Assembly: GCA_963784485.1 (NCBI GenBank)
Contig: CAWARH010000006.1
Location: forward strand, 580,298 to 644,297
DNA: 64,000 bases
Reading direction: 5' to 3'
Source: an uncultured Actinomycetota bacterium
GTDB lineage: Bacteria > Actinomycetota > Actinomycetes > Propionibacteriales > Nocardioidaceae
Part shown: in pieces, positions 1 through 9,113 of the stretch
Layout of the letters: every line of letters starts with the position of its first letter
How positions within the stretch are numbered: position 1 is the stretch's first letter
Program-made: the position numbers and the translations under genes
The notes under the pieces: generated by a model
The model's database searches: none
Seen by the model: only the letters and a program-made list of their open reading frames with translations
What the model was told of the DNA's origin: nothing

Positions 1-479
1 GCCCACATGATCGTGATCGAGACCGCACTGTGCGTGACGATCTTCTTGCCCTCGAGGTCGCACAGGTCCTGAGCGGTGCTGTCGGCGGGGACGGCGAGGA
101 TGCTGCGGTCGGAGTTGAACTTGCCGAAGATCGTGGCCTTCTCGCCGGTCTGCTTCTCCAGCTCCGGGACCTCGTACGACGCCGCGGAGACGACGTCGGC
201 GTGACCGCCGGCGTAGACGCCGAACTCGTCCCACGACGACGAGGTGAGGATCTGGATCCCCGCCGCCTCCTCCATCTCCTGCTTGATGCCCTGGTCCTCC
301 ATCCACTTCCACACGGGGTCGGGCGCCATGACCATGTTCACCGCGCCGTTGGCGTCCTTCGCCTCGCCGCCGGAGGCCTTGCCGGCCGACGGGCTGCAGG
401 CGCTCAGGGCGAGACCGCCCACGACGGCCGCGCAGGTCAGCTTCCACAGCGTCGGCGACGCCTTCGGTGTACTCGTCAT
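1..479 (-). CDS. ABC-transporter substrate-binding lipoprotein (N-terminal part; gene runs off window start)
   Basis: Reverse translation from ATG at 477-479 gives MTSTPKASPTLWKLTCAAVVGGLALSAC..., a signal peptide with lipobox LSAC, followed by solute-binding-like sequence. SD gagagg lies upstream. Absent from the ORF track because it is open at the window edge. Confidence 0.6.
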   Translation of the reverse strand, partial: MTSTPKASPTLWKLTCAAVVGGLALSACSPSAGKASGGEAKDANGAVNMVMAPDPVWKWMEDQGIKQEMEEAAGIQILTSSSWDEFGVYAGGHADVVSAASYEVPELEKQTGEKATIFGKFNSDRSILAVPADSTAQDLCDLEGKKIVTHSAVSITIMW

Positions 480-718
480 GTCGTGCCTCTCGTGAAGGTG
501 CGATGGGGTCCGCGACCACGGCGCGGCGCATCTGTGCTGCGCTGGATGCGCTGGGCGCGGGAGCCGCCGTGCGGCGCGGCCGGCGCGTGGTGACGTGGGT
601 CACAGCCTGTCCTTGGCATACCGTGCATTGTCAAGCATTCGGTAGTCACGAAATGGGCAACGCAACATCTCCGCTGCCATCGACTCCGGCACGGTGGATC
701 TGAGCGTGAATCGCGGCC

Positions 719-755
719 TTGTCACTCGCGAGACAGATCGTGCATACTCTATGCA
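719..755 (+). promoter_or_regulatory. Candidate sigma70-type promoter (TTGTCA-N18-CATACT) overlapped by palindrome TGCATA-ctc-TATGCA
   Basis: -35 at 719-724 and -10 at 743-748. The inverted repeat at 741-755 overlaps the -10. It is an AT-richer patch upstream of the LacI-family gene. Confidence 0.3.
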
Positions 756-852
756 TCAAGCCGGTCAGACTAAGGTGGGAACCCATGGACGAGAGCTCGC
801 CGGAACCTGCTCGCGACGGGCGCCGTCGCGCCGCGGGCCTCGTCCGGCGGCG

Positions 853-1917
853 GTGACGAGCTGGACGGTGGCACGCGAGGTCGGGGTGTCGCAGTCGACG
901 GTGTCCCGTGCGCTGCGTCAGGACCCGCGGGTCCGTCCCGAGACCCGGCAGCGCATCGAGCAGGTCGCCCAACGACTGGGCTACCGGTACGGCTCCTCCG
1001 AGGACAGCGGTGGCGGCTCGGCGCCGACCGTCGGGGTGGTCGTCGCCGACCTCACCAACCCGTTCTTCCCCTCCCTGCTGACCCCGATCCACGACGAGCT
1101 GCGACTGATGGGCTACCGGGCCGTGCTGTTCGCGGAGCGCACCGACATCCCGACCGGGCAGGAGGCGCTGAACCGCCTCCTGGACCGCTCCATCGACGGT
1201 GTGCTGGTGACCACGGCGACCCTCGGGTCACGCTTCCCGGAGGCGGCCCGCGAGCGGAACCTCCCGATCGTCCTGCTCAACCGCTACGTCGACGGCGTCG
1301 ACGTGGACAGCGTGGTGGCCGACAACACCGAGGGCGGCCGGCAGGCGGCACGGCACCTGCTCGGCCTGGGTCACGACCGCATCGGAGTGATCCGCGGACC
1401 CTCGAACACCTCGACCAGTCGGGACCGGCTCCAGGGCTTCGAGGAGGGGCTCGCGGAGGCGGGGATCGGACTCGACCCGGCACTGCTGCGGGAAGGGCCC
1501 TACACCCACCAGAGCGGCTACCAGCATGCGCGCGAGCTGCTCCGTCTCCCCGCGCCCCCCACGGCCCTGTTCTGCGCCAACGACGTGATCGGCTTCGGTG
1601 CCGTGGACGCGGCGAAGTCCTTGGGCGTGCGTGTGCCCGCCGAGGTGTCGATCGTGGGCTTCGACGACGTGCCCATGGCTGCCTGGGAGGTGTTCCAGCT
1701 GACCACGGTCCGTCAGCCGCTGGGTGACATGGCCCGCGCGGCCGCCCGGATGCTTGCGGAGCGGATCGAGTACGACGGCGACATCGGCCCGGGGCGGGAG
1801 CAGATCTTCGCGACCAGCCTGGTCCGTCGGGAGACCACCGACTTCGCCCGCGGCCCCGCGCCCTCGCACGGGCCCACACCAGAGCGCGCCGCAGGGACGC
1901 CGGTCTCGCCGTCATGA
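853..1917 (+). CDS. LacI-family transcriptional regulator
   Basis: N-terminal HTH VAREVGVSQSTVSRALR, then a periplasmic-binding-fold core (VVADLTNPFF, FCANDVIGFGA, VGFDD). Start set at GTG 853 so the HTH is near the N-terminus. The ORF track starts at 694, so the start is uncertain. Confidence 0.85.
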   Translation: MTSWTVAREVGVSQSTVSRALRQDPRVRPETRQRIEQVAQRLGYRYGSSEDSGGGSAPTVGVVVADLTNPFFPSLLTPIHDELRLMGYRAVLFAERTDIPTGQEALNRLLDRSIDGVLVTTATLGSRFPEAARERNLPIVLLNRYVDGVDVDSVVADNTEGGRQAARHLLGLGHDRIGVIRGPSNTSTSRDRLQGFEEGLAEAGIGLDPALLREGPYTHQSGYQHARELLRLPAPPTALFCANDVIGFGAVDAAKSLGVRVPAEVSIVGFDDVPMAAWEVFQLTTVRQPLGDMARAAARMLAERIEYDGDIGPGREQIFATSLVRRETTDFARGPAPSHGPTPERAAGTPVSPS

Positions 1918-3185
1918 CCGCCGACGACGCCTTCGGCGTCCCCCTCGCCCCGCTGCCCGACTGGGCCCGCGCCACGGCCGCAGACGTGGACCTGGACACC
2001 CTGGGGGCCCTGGTCGTGGAGCGCGACCTCGAGGCGGCGTTCCCCACCCTGGCCGGCAACGGCGAGTTCGTGGAGCGCCTCCGCGCCAGCGTTGCCGAGA
2101 ACCTCGTGGCACTCCAGCAGGTCCTCACCGGTCGGCTCGCCCTGAGCGAGGTGCGTCTCGACGAGCCGCTGGTCTTCGCGACGGTGCAGGCCCGGCTCCG
2201 GGTGCCGCAGACCGCGCTGCAGCGGTCCTACCGGGTCGGCTTCCGTGCCATGTGGCAGGAGTGGTCCGACCAGCTGTGCACGCGGGCCGAGACAGAGGGG
2301 GTGTCTCGCGACGAGGCGCTCGCCGCCCATCGCAGCCTGACCCAGGCCCTGCTGGCCTACCAGGACCACGTCGCCTCTCTGGTCGCAGAGAGCTATGCGC
2401 GCGCAGACGACGCGCTCAGCCGTTCCCGGGCCCACGTGCGCAGCGCCCTGGTCCGCCAGCTGCTCCAACCCGACGCCCCGACGCCCTCCCCCTCGGACCT
2501 TGTCACCCTCGGCTACCCGCTCGCCGACACCCATGTCGCCGTCCTGCTGCCCACGGTCGCCCAGGGCACCGCCGAGCGGCTGGCCCCGGGGCTGCGCGCG
2601 GCCTCGCGGGCGACCGAGTCCCTGCTCCATCCCATCGACCTGACCGGCACCGTGATCTGGCTGGCCAGCCCCGCCGGTTGGACCTCGGAAGCCACCGCCT
2701 CCCTGTACGAGAGGCTGGGAGCACTCGACGTGGTGGCGTCGGTCAGCGCGGCCCGGCCAGGGCTCGACGGGCTGCGTGAGACCTGGACCCAGGTCCAGCA
2801 GGTCCAGCAGATCCGCACCGCCTGGGGCGCGGCTCGCTCACCGCGGGTCCTCCGGCACGCCGATGTCGGCCTGGAGATCCTCCTCATGCAGGACCCGGCT
2901 CAGGCGAGAACCTTCGTCACCGAGGAGCTCGGGCCGCTCGCCGCGGCCACCGACCAGGCCGGCCGTCTCCGCGAGACGCTCCTGGTCTCGCTGGTGCTCG
3001 GCAGCCACGTCGCCACCGCCGAGCAGCTGCACCTGCACGAGCACACGGTGCGGAACCGGCTCCAGAAGGCCGAGGACCTGATCGGGCGGCCGCTGCAGGG
3101 CAGGCGCACCGAGCTGCAGGTCGCCCTGCGGCTGATCCGGCTCCTCGACGGCGACGACCCGGCCGGCGCCGCCCTCAGCGCGTGA
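1914..3185 (+). CDS. PucR/CdaR-like transcriptional regulator
   Basis: C-terminal PucR-type HTH (ATAEQLHLHEHTVRNRLQKAEDLIGRPL). ATGA overlap with the LacI stop. Confidence 0.7.
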   Translation: MTADDAFGVPLAPLPDWARATAADVDLDTLGALVVERDLEAAFPTLAGNGEFVERLRASVAENLVALQQVLTGRLALSEVRLDEPLVFATVQARLRVPQTALQRSYRVGFRAMWQEWSDQLCTRAETEGVSRDEALAAHRSLTQALLAYQDHVASLVAESYARADDALSRSRAHVRSALVRQLLQPDAPTPSPSDLVTLGYPLADTHVAVLLPTVAQGTAERLAPGLRAASRATESLLHPIDLTGTVIWLASPAGWTSEATASLYERLGALDVVASVSAARPGLDGLRETWTQVQQVQQIRTAWGAARSPRVLRHADVGLEILLMQDPAQARTFVTEELGPLAAATDQAGRLRETLLVSLVLGSHVATAEQLHLHEHTVRNRLQKAEDLIGRPLQGRRTELQVALRLIRLLDGDDPAGAALSA

Positions 3186-3951
3186 CGCCGTCGAAGAACG
3201 CACGGAGCAGGTCGGCGATCGCCTCGGGTTGCTCCAGCGCGCCCGCGTGGCGGGCGCCGAGCAGCCACGCCAGCCGTCCCTCACCCGTCGCCTCGGCGAG
3301 GACCGGCGCTGCGGCGGTGAAGGGCGGCGCGTCGTCGTCGCCGCACACCACGAGGGTGGGCGCGGCGACGCGGGGCAGCAGCTCTCGGGTGTCGGCCTCG
3401 GCGAGCAGCTCACAGGCGCGGGCGTAGCCCTCGGGGTCCATGGCCCGCAGCAGCGCCTCCACCTCGCCCACCACGGGGGCGCGGCCCGTGCGCGCCTCGG
3501 CGGTGAACCAGAGGTCGAGCGTGGGTGCCACCACCGGCTCCATGCCCCGCTCACGCACCAGGGCGGCGCGATCGTGCCACATCCGCCGCATCGCCTCCGG
3601 GTAGCGAGCGACCGCGTCGACCACGACCAGGCTGCGCACCACCCCGGGATGCCGCGCCGCGAGGTCGACGGCCACCAGGCCGCCCAGCGAGAGCCCGACC
3701 ACGTGGGCAGGCCCGGCCTCCTGGTCGAGCACCCTGGCTGCCTGGTCGGCCAGGTCGCCCACCACCAGCGGGCCTGCCGGCGCGGGCGACGCGCCGTGGC
3801 CAGGAAGGTCGTAGGAGAGCACCCGGAACCCGGCCAGCCGTCGCGCCAACCGACCCCACACCGTCCGGTCCACCCCGAGGGGATGGAGCAGGAGCACGGT
3901 CGGCCCCTGACCGACGGCGCTGGTCTCGGGGTCCACCAGGACGGCGGTCAT
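3175..3951 (-). CDS. alpha/beta hydrolase (3-oxoadipate enol-lactonase-like)
   Basis: MTAVLVDP... with nucleophile elbow GLSLGG and an HG oxyanion motif (LLLHPLG). Start ATG at 3951 overlaps the upstream stop; the longer track ORF is an Arg/Gly-rich extension. Confidence 0.8.
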   Translation of the reverse strand: MTAVLVDPETSAVGQGPTVLLLHPLGVDRTVWGRLARRLAGFRVLSYDLPGHGASPAPAGPLVVGDLADQAARVLDQEAGPAHVVGLSLGGLVAVDLAARHPGVVRSLVVVDAVARYPEAMRRMWHDRAALVRERGMEPVVAPTLDLWFTAEARTGRAPVVGEVEALLRAMDPEGYARACELLAEADTRELLPRVAAPTLVVCGDDDAPPFTAAAPVLAEATGEGRLAWLLGARHAGALEQPEAIADLLRAFFDGVTR

Positions 3952-4529
3952 CCTCCGACCACACCGCCCCGTGGCGGCAGCCGCGGCCCGGGCTCGGGTC
4001 GGGTGCCCGCCACGTTCATCATCAGCGCGAGGGTGGTGTAGTACCCGACCGTGACCACGACCTCGACCACACCGTCCTCGCCGAGCCGCTCCAGGGCTCG
4101 GTCGTAGGTCGCGTCGTCGACGAGTCCGGTCCGGTGCAGCTGGTCCACGACCTCCCACACGACGCGCACGTCCTCGTCGTCCGTGACGGGCCTGCGGTCC
4201 TCCCCGACCGCCTCGGCCACGTCCGTGGGCAGGCCGACCTGCAGGGCCAGGGGCTGGTGGTGCGCCCACTCGAAGTCCTGGTCCCAGCGTCGCGCCACCA
4301 TCAGCACGGCGAGCTCGAAGAGCCGAGGGTCCAGCGCCTTCTCGTAGCGCAGGTAGGCGCCGACCCCCTGGAGACGGTCCATGAGCACCGGGGTGCGCAG
4401 CAGCACCGCGAACGGGCCGAGCAGCTTGCCTCGCGGCCCGGAGGTGATCCGGTCCAGGGCCTCCTGCTGCGCGGCGTCCAGCCTGTCGACCTCGAGCGGG
4501 GGCAGGCGCTCCGCGCGGTCGGCGCTCAT
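3948..4529 (-). CDS. carboxymuconolactone decarboxylase (CMD/AhpD-like) family protein
   Basis: MSADRAERLPPLEVDRLDAAQQEALDRI... is a typical CMD-family layout. ATGA overlaps at both ends. Confidence 0.65.
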   Translation of the reverse strand: MSADRAERLPPLEVDRLDAAQQEALDRITSGPRGKLLGPFAVLLRTPVLMDRLQGVGAYLRYEKALDPRLFELAVLMVARRWDQDFEWAHHQPLALQVGLPTDVAEAVGEDRRPVTDDEDVRVVWEVVDQLHRTGLVDDATYDRALERLGEDGVVEVVVTVGYYTTLALMMNVAGTRPEPGPRLPPRGGVVGG

Positions 4530-5653
4530 GCCCGCGCCGGGAGCGGTGCCGTGGTCGTCGGCGCGAGCGCGGCCTCGACCTCGGGCATGACGTCGGTGGC
4601 CATCAGCTCCATGGAGCGTCGCCCGAGGTCGGCGTCGACCCAGTCCATGCCGGCGTACACCAGCTCCCCGAACTGCCCGGTCTCCTCGGTGAGGGCCAGC
4701 ACCTGCTCGGCGACCGAGTGCGCGGTGCCGGTCAGGACCAGCTTGTCGAGGACGTGCTCGAGGGTGATCTCGTCGTCGGGCTGGTCGCGGTGGGTCTTGA
4801 AGAGCTCGAGCCGCCCGAGAGCGCGCATCTTGGCCAGCATCTTGTCGTAGTAGAACCGGTACGGGCTCTGCGGGTCGTCCTTGCCGTAGCGCTGAGCCGT
4901 GGCCTCGTCGTCGGCGACGAACACCGTCCGGGCCACACGCCAGTCGGCCGGGTCGGCCAGGGCGCCCACGGACTCCTTGCCCTGCACGTAGTTGGGCCAG
5001 TGGGTGGCCACCCACTGCGGCAGGAGGAAGTTGGCCGACATCGGGTGGAAGTCCTTGGCTCCCATGGCCACCACGCCCTTGGAGAACGGCGCCACCACCG
5101 TGCCCACGATCTCGGGCCGCGGCTGCTGCAGCGGCTTGGGCACCGCCCCGATCCCGGCCTCCAGGTTCACGGTGGTCGCGGTGCTGACCTTGTACCGGTT
5201 GCCGGGCAGGTCGATGTCGTAGGGCGCGTCCTCGGACCAGACCCGGGTGATGATGTCGATGGCGTCCGCGAACATCTTGTTGCGATCCTCCGCCAGGATG
5301 CCGAGGACCTCCGCGTCGCTGGGCAGCGCGCCTGGGCTGACGCCCAGGATGAACCGTCCCCCGGCGAGGTGGTCGAACATCGCGGCGTGCGCCGCCACCA
5401 GCACCGGGTGGAGGTGGGACAGGTTGGTGGTGCCGGTCCCGAGCCGGATCTGTCGCGTCTGCGGGATCAAGGTGGCGAGGAAGAGCATGCTGTTGGTGAT
5501 GCTCTCCTGCCGGTCGGTCAGGTGCTCGCCGATGAACGCGTCGTGGTAGCCCAGCTCGTCGGCGAGGATCACCGCGTCCTGGTCCTCGCGCAGGGTCTCG
5601 CCCCACCCCCGGGACGCGGGGTGCATCGGCATCGCGAAGTATCCGAGCCTCAC
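4526..5653 (-). CDS. LLM-class (luciferase-like) flavin-dependent monooxygenase
   Basis: VRLGYFAMPMHP...LGTGTTNLSHLHP...FILGVSPG is typical of the luciferase-like family. GTG 5653 is preceded by a gaggaggag SD. Confidence 0.8.
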   Translation of the reverse strand: MRLGYFAMPMHPASRGWGETLREDQDAVILADELGYHDAFIGEHLTDRQESITNSMLFLATLIPQTRQIRLGTGTTNLSHLHPVLVAAHAAMFDHLAGGRFILGVSPGALPSDAEVLGILAEDRNKMFADAIDIITRVWSEDAPYDIDLPGNRYKVSTATTVNLEAGIGAVPKPLQQPRPEIVGTVVAPFSKGVVAMGAKDFHPMSANFLLPQWVATHWPNYVQGKESVGALADPADWRVARTVFVADDEATAQRYGKDDPQSPYRFYYDKMLAKMRALGRLELFKTHRDQPDDEITLEHVLDKLVLTGTAHSVAEQVLALTEETGQFGELVYAGMDWVDADLGRRSMELMATDVMPEVEAALAPTTTAPLPARA

Positions 5654-5789
5654 TGGTCTCTCCTCCTCATCGGGACAGGTACGCGACCAGTCTGCTGGCG
5701 GTCGTCCGCAGGCACACTGCTGGAGACGGACAGCAACCCGCCCTCGGCATGACGGGGCCTGTGAGTGCCGGGGTCCGGTCCGGTGGCCC

Positions 5790-7022
5790 ATGCTGGACGG
5801 CGTGAGCAGCAGGACGGCACTGGCGCTTGCCTGCCTGCTCGGCGGGTCGGCCGGCTGGGCGATGACCGCAGCGGGAGCCGGGGCGGCGAGCCTCGCGCCG
5901 GCCTACGACGTGGGCCTGGTCACCGTAGGGCTGATGACGACCGCCCTGGCCGCGCCGTACGCCCTGCTCCAGCTGCCGGCAGGCGCGCTGGTCGACCGGA
6001 TCGGCCCCCGGGCCGCCTCCGCCGTCGGGCTCAGCCTGGTCGTGCTCGTCCACGTCGCAGCGTCCACGGTGCCCGTGACCTGGCTGGCGCTGGTCTGCCG
6101 CGCCTTGGCCGGTGCGGGCTACGCGGTCTGCTTCGTCTCCGGGGCCGAGCTGGTCCGCCGGTCGGGGGCGGGACCGTCCGCGATGGGCGTCTTCGGCGGT
6201 GTCGCCCTGGCCGCGTCCGGCTTCGCGGTCCTCGTGGTGCCGCTGGCGGAGCCTCTGCTGGGGTGGCGGGCGGCCTGGGTGACCAGTGGCTGCGTCGCGG
6301 TCCTCGCCCTCGCCCTGCTGGCCCGCACCCCGGTTCCCGAGCCCCGCGCGCGCCCCGACGCGAGCCCCCTCGGCGCCCGTGCGGAGGGCTCCTCGTCCCT
6401 GCTGCGCGACCGCGAGCTGCACCGGCTCGCGGCGATCCATGCCGTGACCCTCGGCCTCGGTGTGGTCCTGAGCAACTGGGTGGCGGTCGTGCTGGTGGGC
6501 ACCTGGGGGTTCGGCAGGCCCGGCGCCGCCCTGACCGCCTCCCTCATCCTCGGCTTGAGCGTGCTCAGCCGCCCGCTCGGCGGCGCCCTCACGCTGCGCT
6601 GGCCCCACCTCAGCGGCCGGGTGGCCGCGGTCTCGCTGGTCGCCTGCGCCGTGGCCACCGTGATGCTGGCCCTGCCGGGACCCCCGGTCCTCGCCATCGT
6701 CGCCGTGCTCGTGCTCGGCGCCCTGAGCGGGCTGCCGTTCGCGGCGCTGCTGTCGCTGGGGCAGGGCCGGAGACCGGACCGCCCGGGCGCTGCGGTCGGT
6801 CTGCTCAACAGCCAGGCGAACGGGCTGATCCTGCTCGGCACGCCCGTGCTGGGCGCCGCGATCGAGGGAGGGCGCACCGCCGCGGCGCTGACCGGGGCCG
6901 CGGCCCTGTGGCTGGTGCCGCTGCTGTTCTGGCCGCACTCCTACCGTCGGGCCGACAGCACCTCGTCGGCCCGGACCGCCAGCACCAGCTCGGCCAGCGA
7001 GCCGACCTCGGTGAGCGAGTAG
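5790..7022 (+). CDS. MFS transporter
   Basis: About 12 hydrophobic segments and an MFS loop motif (LPAGALVDRIGPR). The 3' end overlaps the convergent regulator by 82 nt, so the true stop region is uncertain. Confidence 0.75.
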   Translation: MLDGVSSRTALALACLLGGSAGWAMTAAGAGAASLAPAYDVGLVTVGLMTTALAAPYALLQLPAGALVDRIGPRAASAVGLSLVVLVHVAASTVPVTWLALVCRALAGAGYAVCFVSGAELVRRSGAGPSAMGVFGGVALAASGFAVLVVPLAEPLLGWRAAWVTSGCVAVLALALLARTPVPEPRARPDASPLGARAEGSSSLLRDRELHRLAAIHAVTLGLGVVLSNWVAVVLVGTWGFGRPGAALTASLILGLSVLSRPLGGALTLRWPHLSGRVAAVSLVACAVATVMLALPGPPVLAIVAVLVLGALSGLPFAALLSLGQGRRPDRPGAAVGLLNSQANGLILLGTPVLGAAIEGGRTAAALTGAAALWLVPLLFWPHSYRRADSTSSARTASTSSASEPTSVSE

Positions 7023-8593
7023 CCGAGCAGCTGCTCGGCTCGACGGACCCGCAACCCCACGGTGTTCGGGTGGACGAACAACGCGGCCGCCGTGCGAGCG
7101 GTGCTCAGGTCGTGCCGCAGGTAGGCACGCACCGTCGCCTCCAACGCACCACCGCGCTGCGCGTCGTGCTCCCGCAGCGGGCGCAGCCGCGCCTCGACGA
7201 ACCGGGCCAGCTCGCCCACGTCGTCGACCTGCAGCAGGAGTCCGGCCGCACCGAGGTCGTCGAGGGCCACCACGCCCCCGCGCGCGTCCGGTGGGTGCAG
7301 CGCCTGGAGGGCGACCGCCCCACGAGCCCGCCGGAGCGCGGGCGGGTAGTCGCCGAGCCCGTGGCACGGCGCGGACAGCGCCACCACCGGCGCCACCTGC
7401 GGACAGGCGCGCACGAGGGAGCGGTGCAGAGCCTCGGCGCGGGGCCGGACCTCCGCCTCACCCGCCGGCCACAGCAGCACGAGGTCGTCGCCCACGGTGG
7501 TGAGCAGCGAGCGCGGGTGGGCCGACAGGGCCACACCGCGGGCCACGGACAGGACCCGTCTCCGCTCGTCGGTGGTGGCGCGCCTGCAGCCGACCACGAC
7601 CACCACGTGCGCCCGGCCCAGGTCGTGGTCGAGCCGTCGTGCCCGCTCGTGCACCCGTGCGGTGGCTCCGCCGGTGAGCAGGTCGCTCAGGAGCTCACCG
7701 GAGACCCGCCACTCCGCCTCCAGCGCGGCCCGACTGCGCAGGAGCTCCAACGCGCACACAGTGGCCGCCTGCTCCAGCGCGCGCCGCTCCAGCGCGGTCA
7801 GCTGCTCCGACGGTGCGTCGGTCCAGATCCGGGCCACCACCTCGCTGCCGAGCCGTACGGCGGTCTCGCTGCCCCCGGTCGCCGCCGGCGGCGGGTCCTC
7901 GCCCGCCTCCGGCTCCTCCGCGATGCGGACCGACCGGCCGAGCAGCCCCGCCAGCGCCTCGGCGACTCCGGTGACCCCTCCGCCGCGCAGGGCGACCTCG
8001 GTGAGCTGGGCGTGGATCTCCGCGCCCTGACGGTCCAGCTGCTGCTGGCGCGCGGAGGTGATCGCGACGCCGGCCTGGTCGGCCAGCATGCTGAGCAGCT
8101 CCACCTGCTGCTCCTCGAACCCGCCCGGGGCCCGGCGATAGCAGTTCAAGGTGCCCAGGGTTCGGCCGGAGACCAGCAACGGCACCGAGATCATCGAGCG
8201 GTAGCCCTGCTCACGGGCCACACCTCCCCAGGGGAGGAACGCGCGGTCGGCCAACGTGTCGCGGACGTGCGCCGCGACGCCGGAGCGGAAAGCCCGGCCG
8301 GAGGGCGACTCGGGATCGTCGCCGCCGCGGGGCCACAGGAGGGTGACCGGGTTGTGCTCGTTGACCTGCCTCAGGTAGTCCTCGGACAGGCCGTAGGAGC
8401 CCTCGATGAGCAGCACGTCCTGCTGCGGTCCAGGCAGGAGGACCGCACAGAAGTCGAAGTCCATGAGCTCGGCAGCGGTGCGCGAGACCAGGTCCAGGAG
8501 AGCGGGGAGCGGGACGGGGCGGTTCACCGCGGCAGCGATGCCCGCCGTCGCGGAGAGCCAGCGACGCAGGATCGGGGTCGCGTCGTCGCTCAT
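6941..8593 (-). CDS. GAF-domain PucR-family transcriptional regulator
   Basis: N-terminal GAF-like region (FCAVLLPGP...MISVPLLVSGRTLGTLNCY) and C-terminal PucR HTH (TARTAAALFVHPNTVGLRVRRAEQLLG). Confidence 0.8.
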   Translation of the reverse strand: MSDDATPILRRWLSATAGIAAAVNRPVPLPALLDLVSRTAAELMDFDFCAVLLPGPQQDVLLIEGSYGLSEDYLRQVNEHNPVTLLWPRGGDDPESPSGRAFRSGVAAHVRDTLADRAFLPWGGVAREQGYRSMISVPLLVSGRTLGTLNCYRRAPGGFEEQQVELLSMLADQAGVAITSARQQQLDRQGAEIHAQLTEVALRGGGVTGVAEALAGLLGRSVRIAEEPEAGEDPPPAATGGSETAVRLGSEVVARIWTDAPSEQLTALERRALEQAATVCALELLRSRAALEAEWRVSGELLSDLLTGGATARVHERARRLDHDLGRAHVVVVVGCRRATTDERRRVLSVARGVALSAHPRSLLTTVGDDLVLLWPAGEAEVRPRAEALHRSLVRACPQVAPVVALSAPCHGLGDYPPALRRARGAVALQALHPPDARGGVVALDDLGAAGLLLQVDDVGELARFVEARLRPLREHDAQRGGALEATVRAYLRHDLSTARTAAALFVHPNTVGLRVRRAEQLLGYSLTEVGSLAELVLAVRADEVLSARR

Positions 8594-8629
8594 CGCGCGA
8601 GTGTGTCACGCCCCAGGAAGGACAGAGAA

Positions 8630-8649
8630 CCATGTGCGGCCACACATGG
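8630..8649. promoter_or_regulatory. Near-perfect 20-bp palindrome CCATGTGCGGCCACACATGG in a divergent promoter region
   Basis: 7-bp perfect arms CCATGTG/CACATGG and one mismatched inner pair. It sits between the GAF-PucR start (8593) and the cupin start (8682). Confidence 0.4.
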
Positions 8650-8681
8650 CTCTCGCCTCGTTCCCGGGTGAGCATCGGGTC

Positions 8682-9113
8682 ATGGAAGAAGACGTGCACA
8701 TCGTCCGGGCCGGCGACCTCTCCGACCAGACTCCGCAGACCGCAGGGCTCCAGCGCTTCGAGGCCGTCTCTGCCCGTCGCCTGGGCTCCCAGGACCTCTG
8801 GATGGGCCTGTCGGTGCTGCCTCCGGGCGGCCGGACCGGTGTCCACCACCACGGGCAGTCCGAGACCGCGCTGTACGTGCTCAGCGGAGTCGGCCGTTGG
8901 TGGGTCGGGGACCGGCTCGACTCGGTGCGCGAGGCGCACCCTGGCGACTTCGTCTACATCAAGCCCCACGTCGTTCACTGGGAGGAGAACGCCAGCGAGA
9001 CCGAGCCGGTGCGCATGATCGTCGCCCGCACCACCCAGGACGCGATCGTGGTCAACCTCGAGAACCACCCGCACGCGCCCGACCTGTCCGGCGGCGAGGC
9101 GCCGCATGGCTGA
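8682..9113 (+). CDS. cupin-domain protein
   Basis: Cupin motifs GVHHHGQSETALYVLSG and GDFVYIKPHVVHWEEN. ATG 8682 was chosen over the long track ORF. Confidence 0.75.
   Translation: MEEDVHIVRAGDLSDQTPQTAGLQRFEAVSARRLGSQDLWMGLSVLPPGGRTGVHHHGQSETALYVLSGVGRWWVGDRLDSVREAHPGDFVYIKPHVVHWEENASETEPVRMIVARTTQDAIVVNLENHPHAPDLSGGEAPHG

Noticed and set aside
480-718. Possible TPP or other riboswitch in the long 5' region of the partial SBP gene
   Set aside because: No THI-box or other conserved core was recognisable. There is only a TTGACA hexamer without a convincing -10.
5765-8671. 968-aa plus-strand ORF (and the 566-aa minus ORF 5667-7367) spanning the MFS and PucR genes
   Set aside because: The translation is an Arg/Gly/Pro/Ala-rich string with no motifs. 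It lies out of frame or antisense to two well-supported genes. This is a typical GC-driven spurious ORF.
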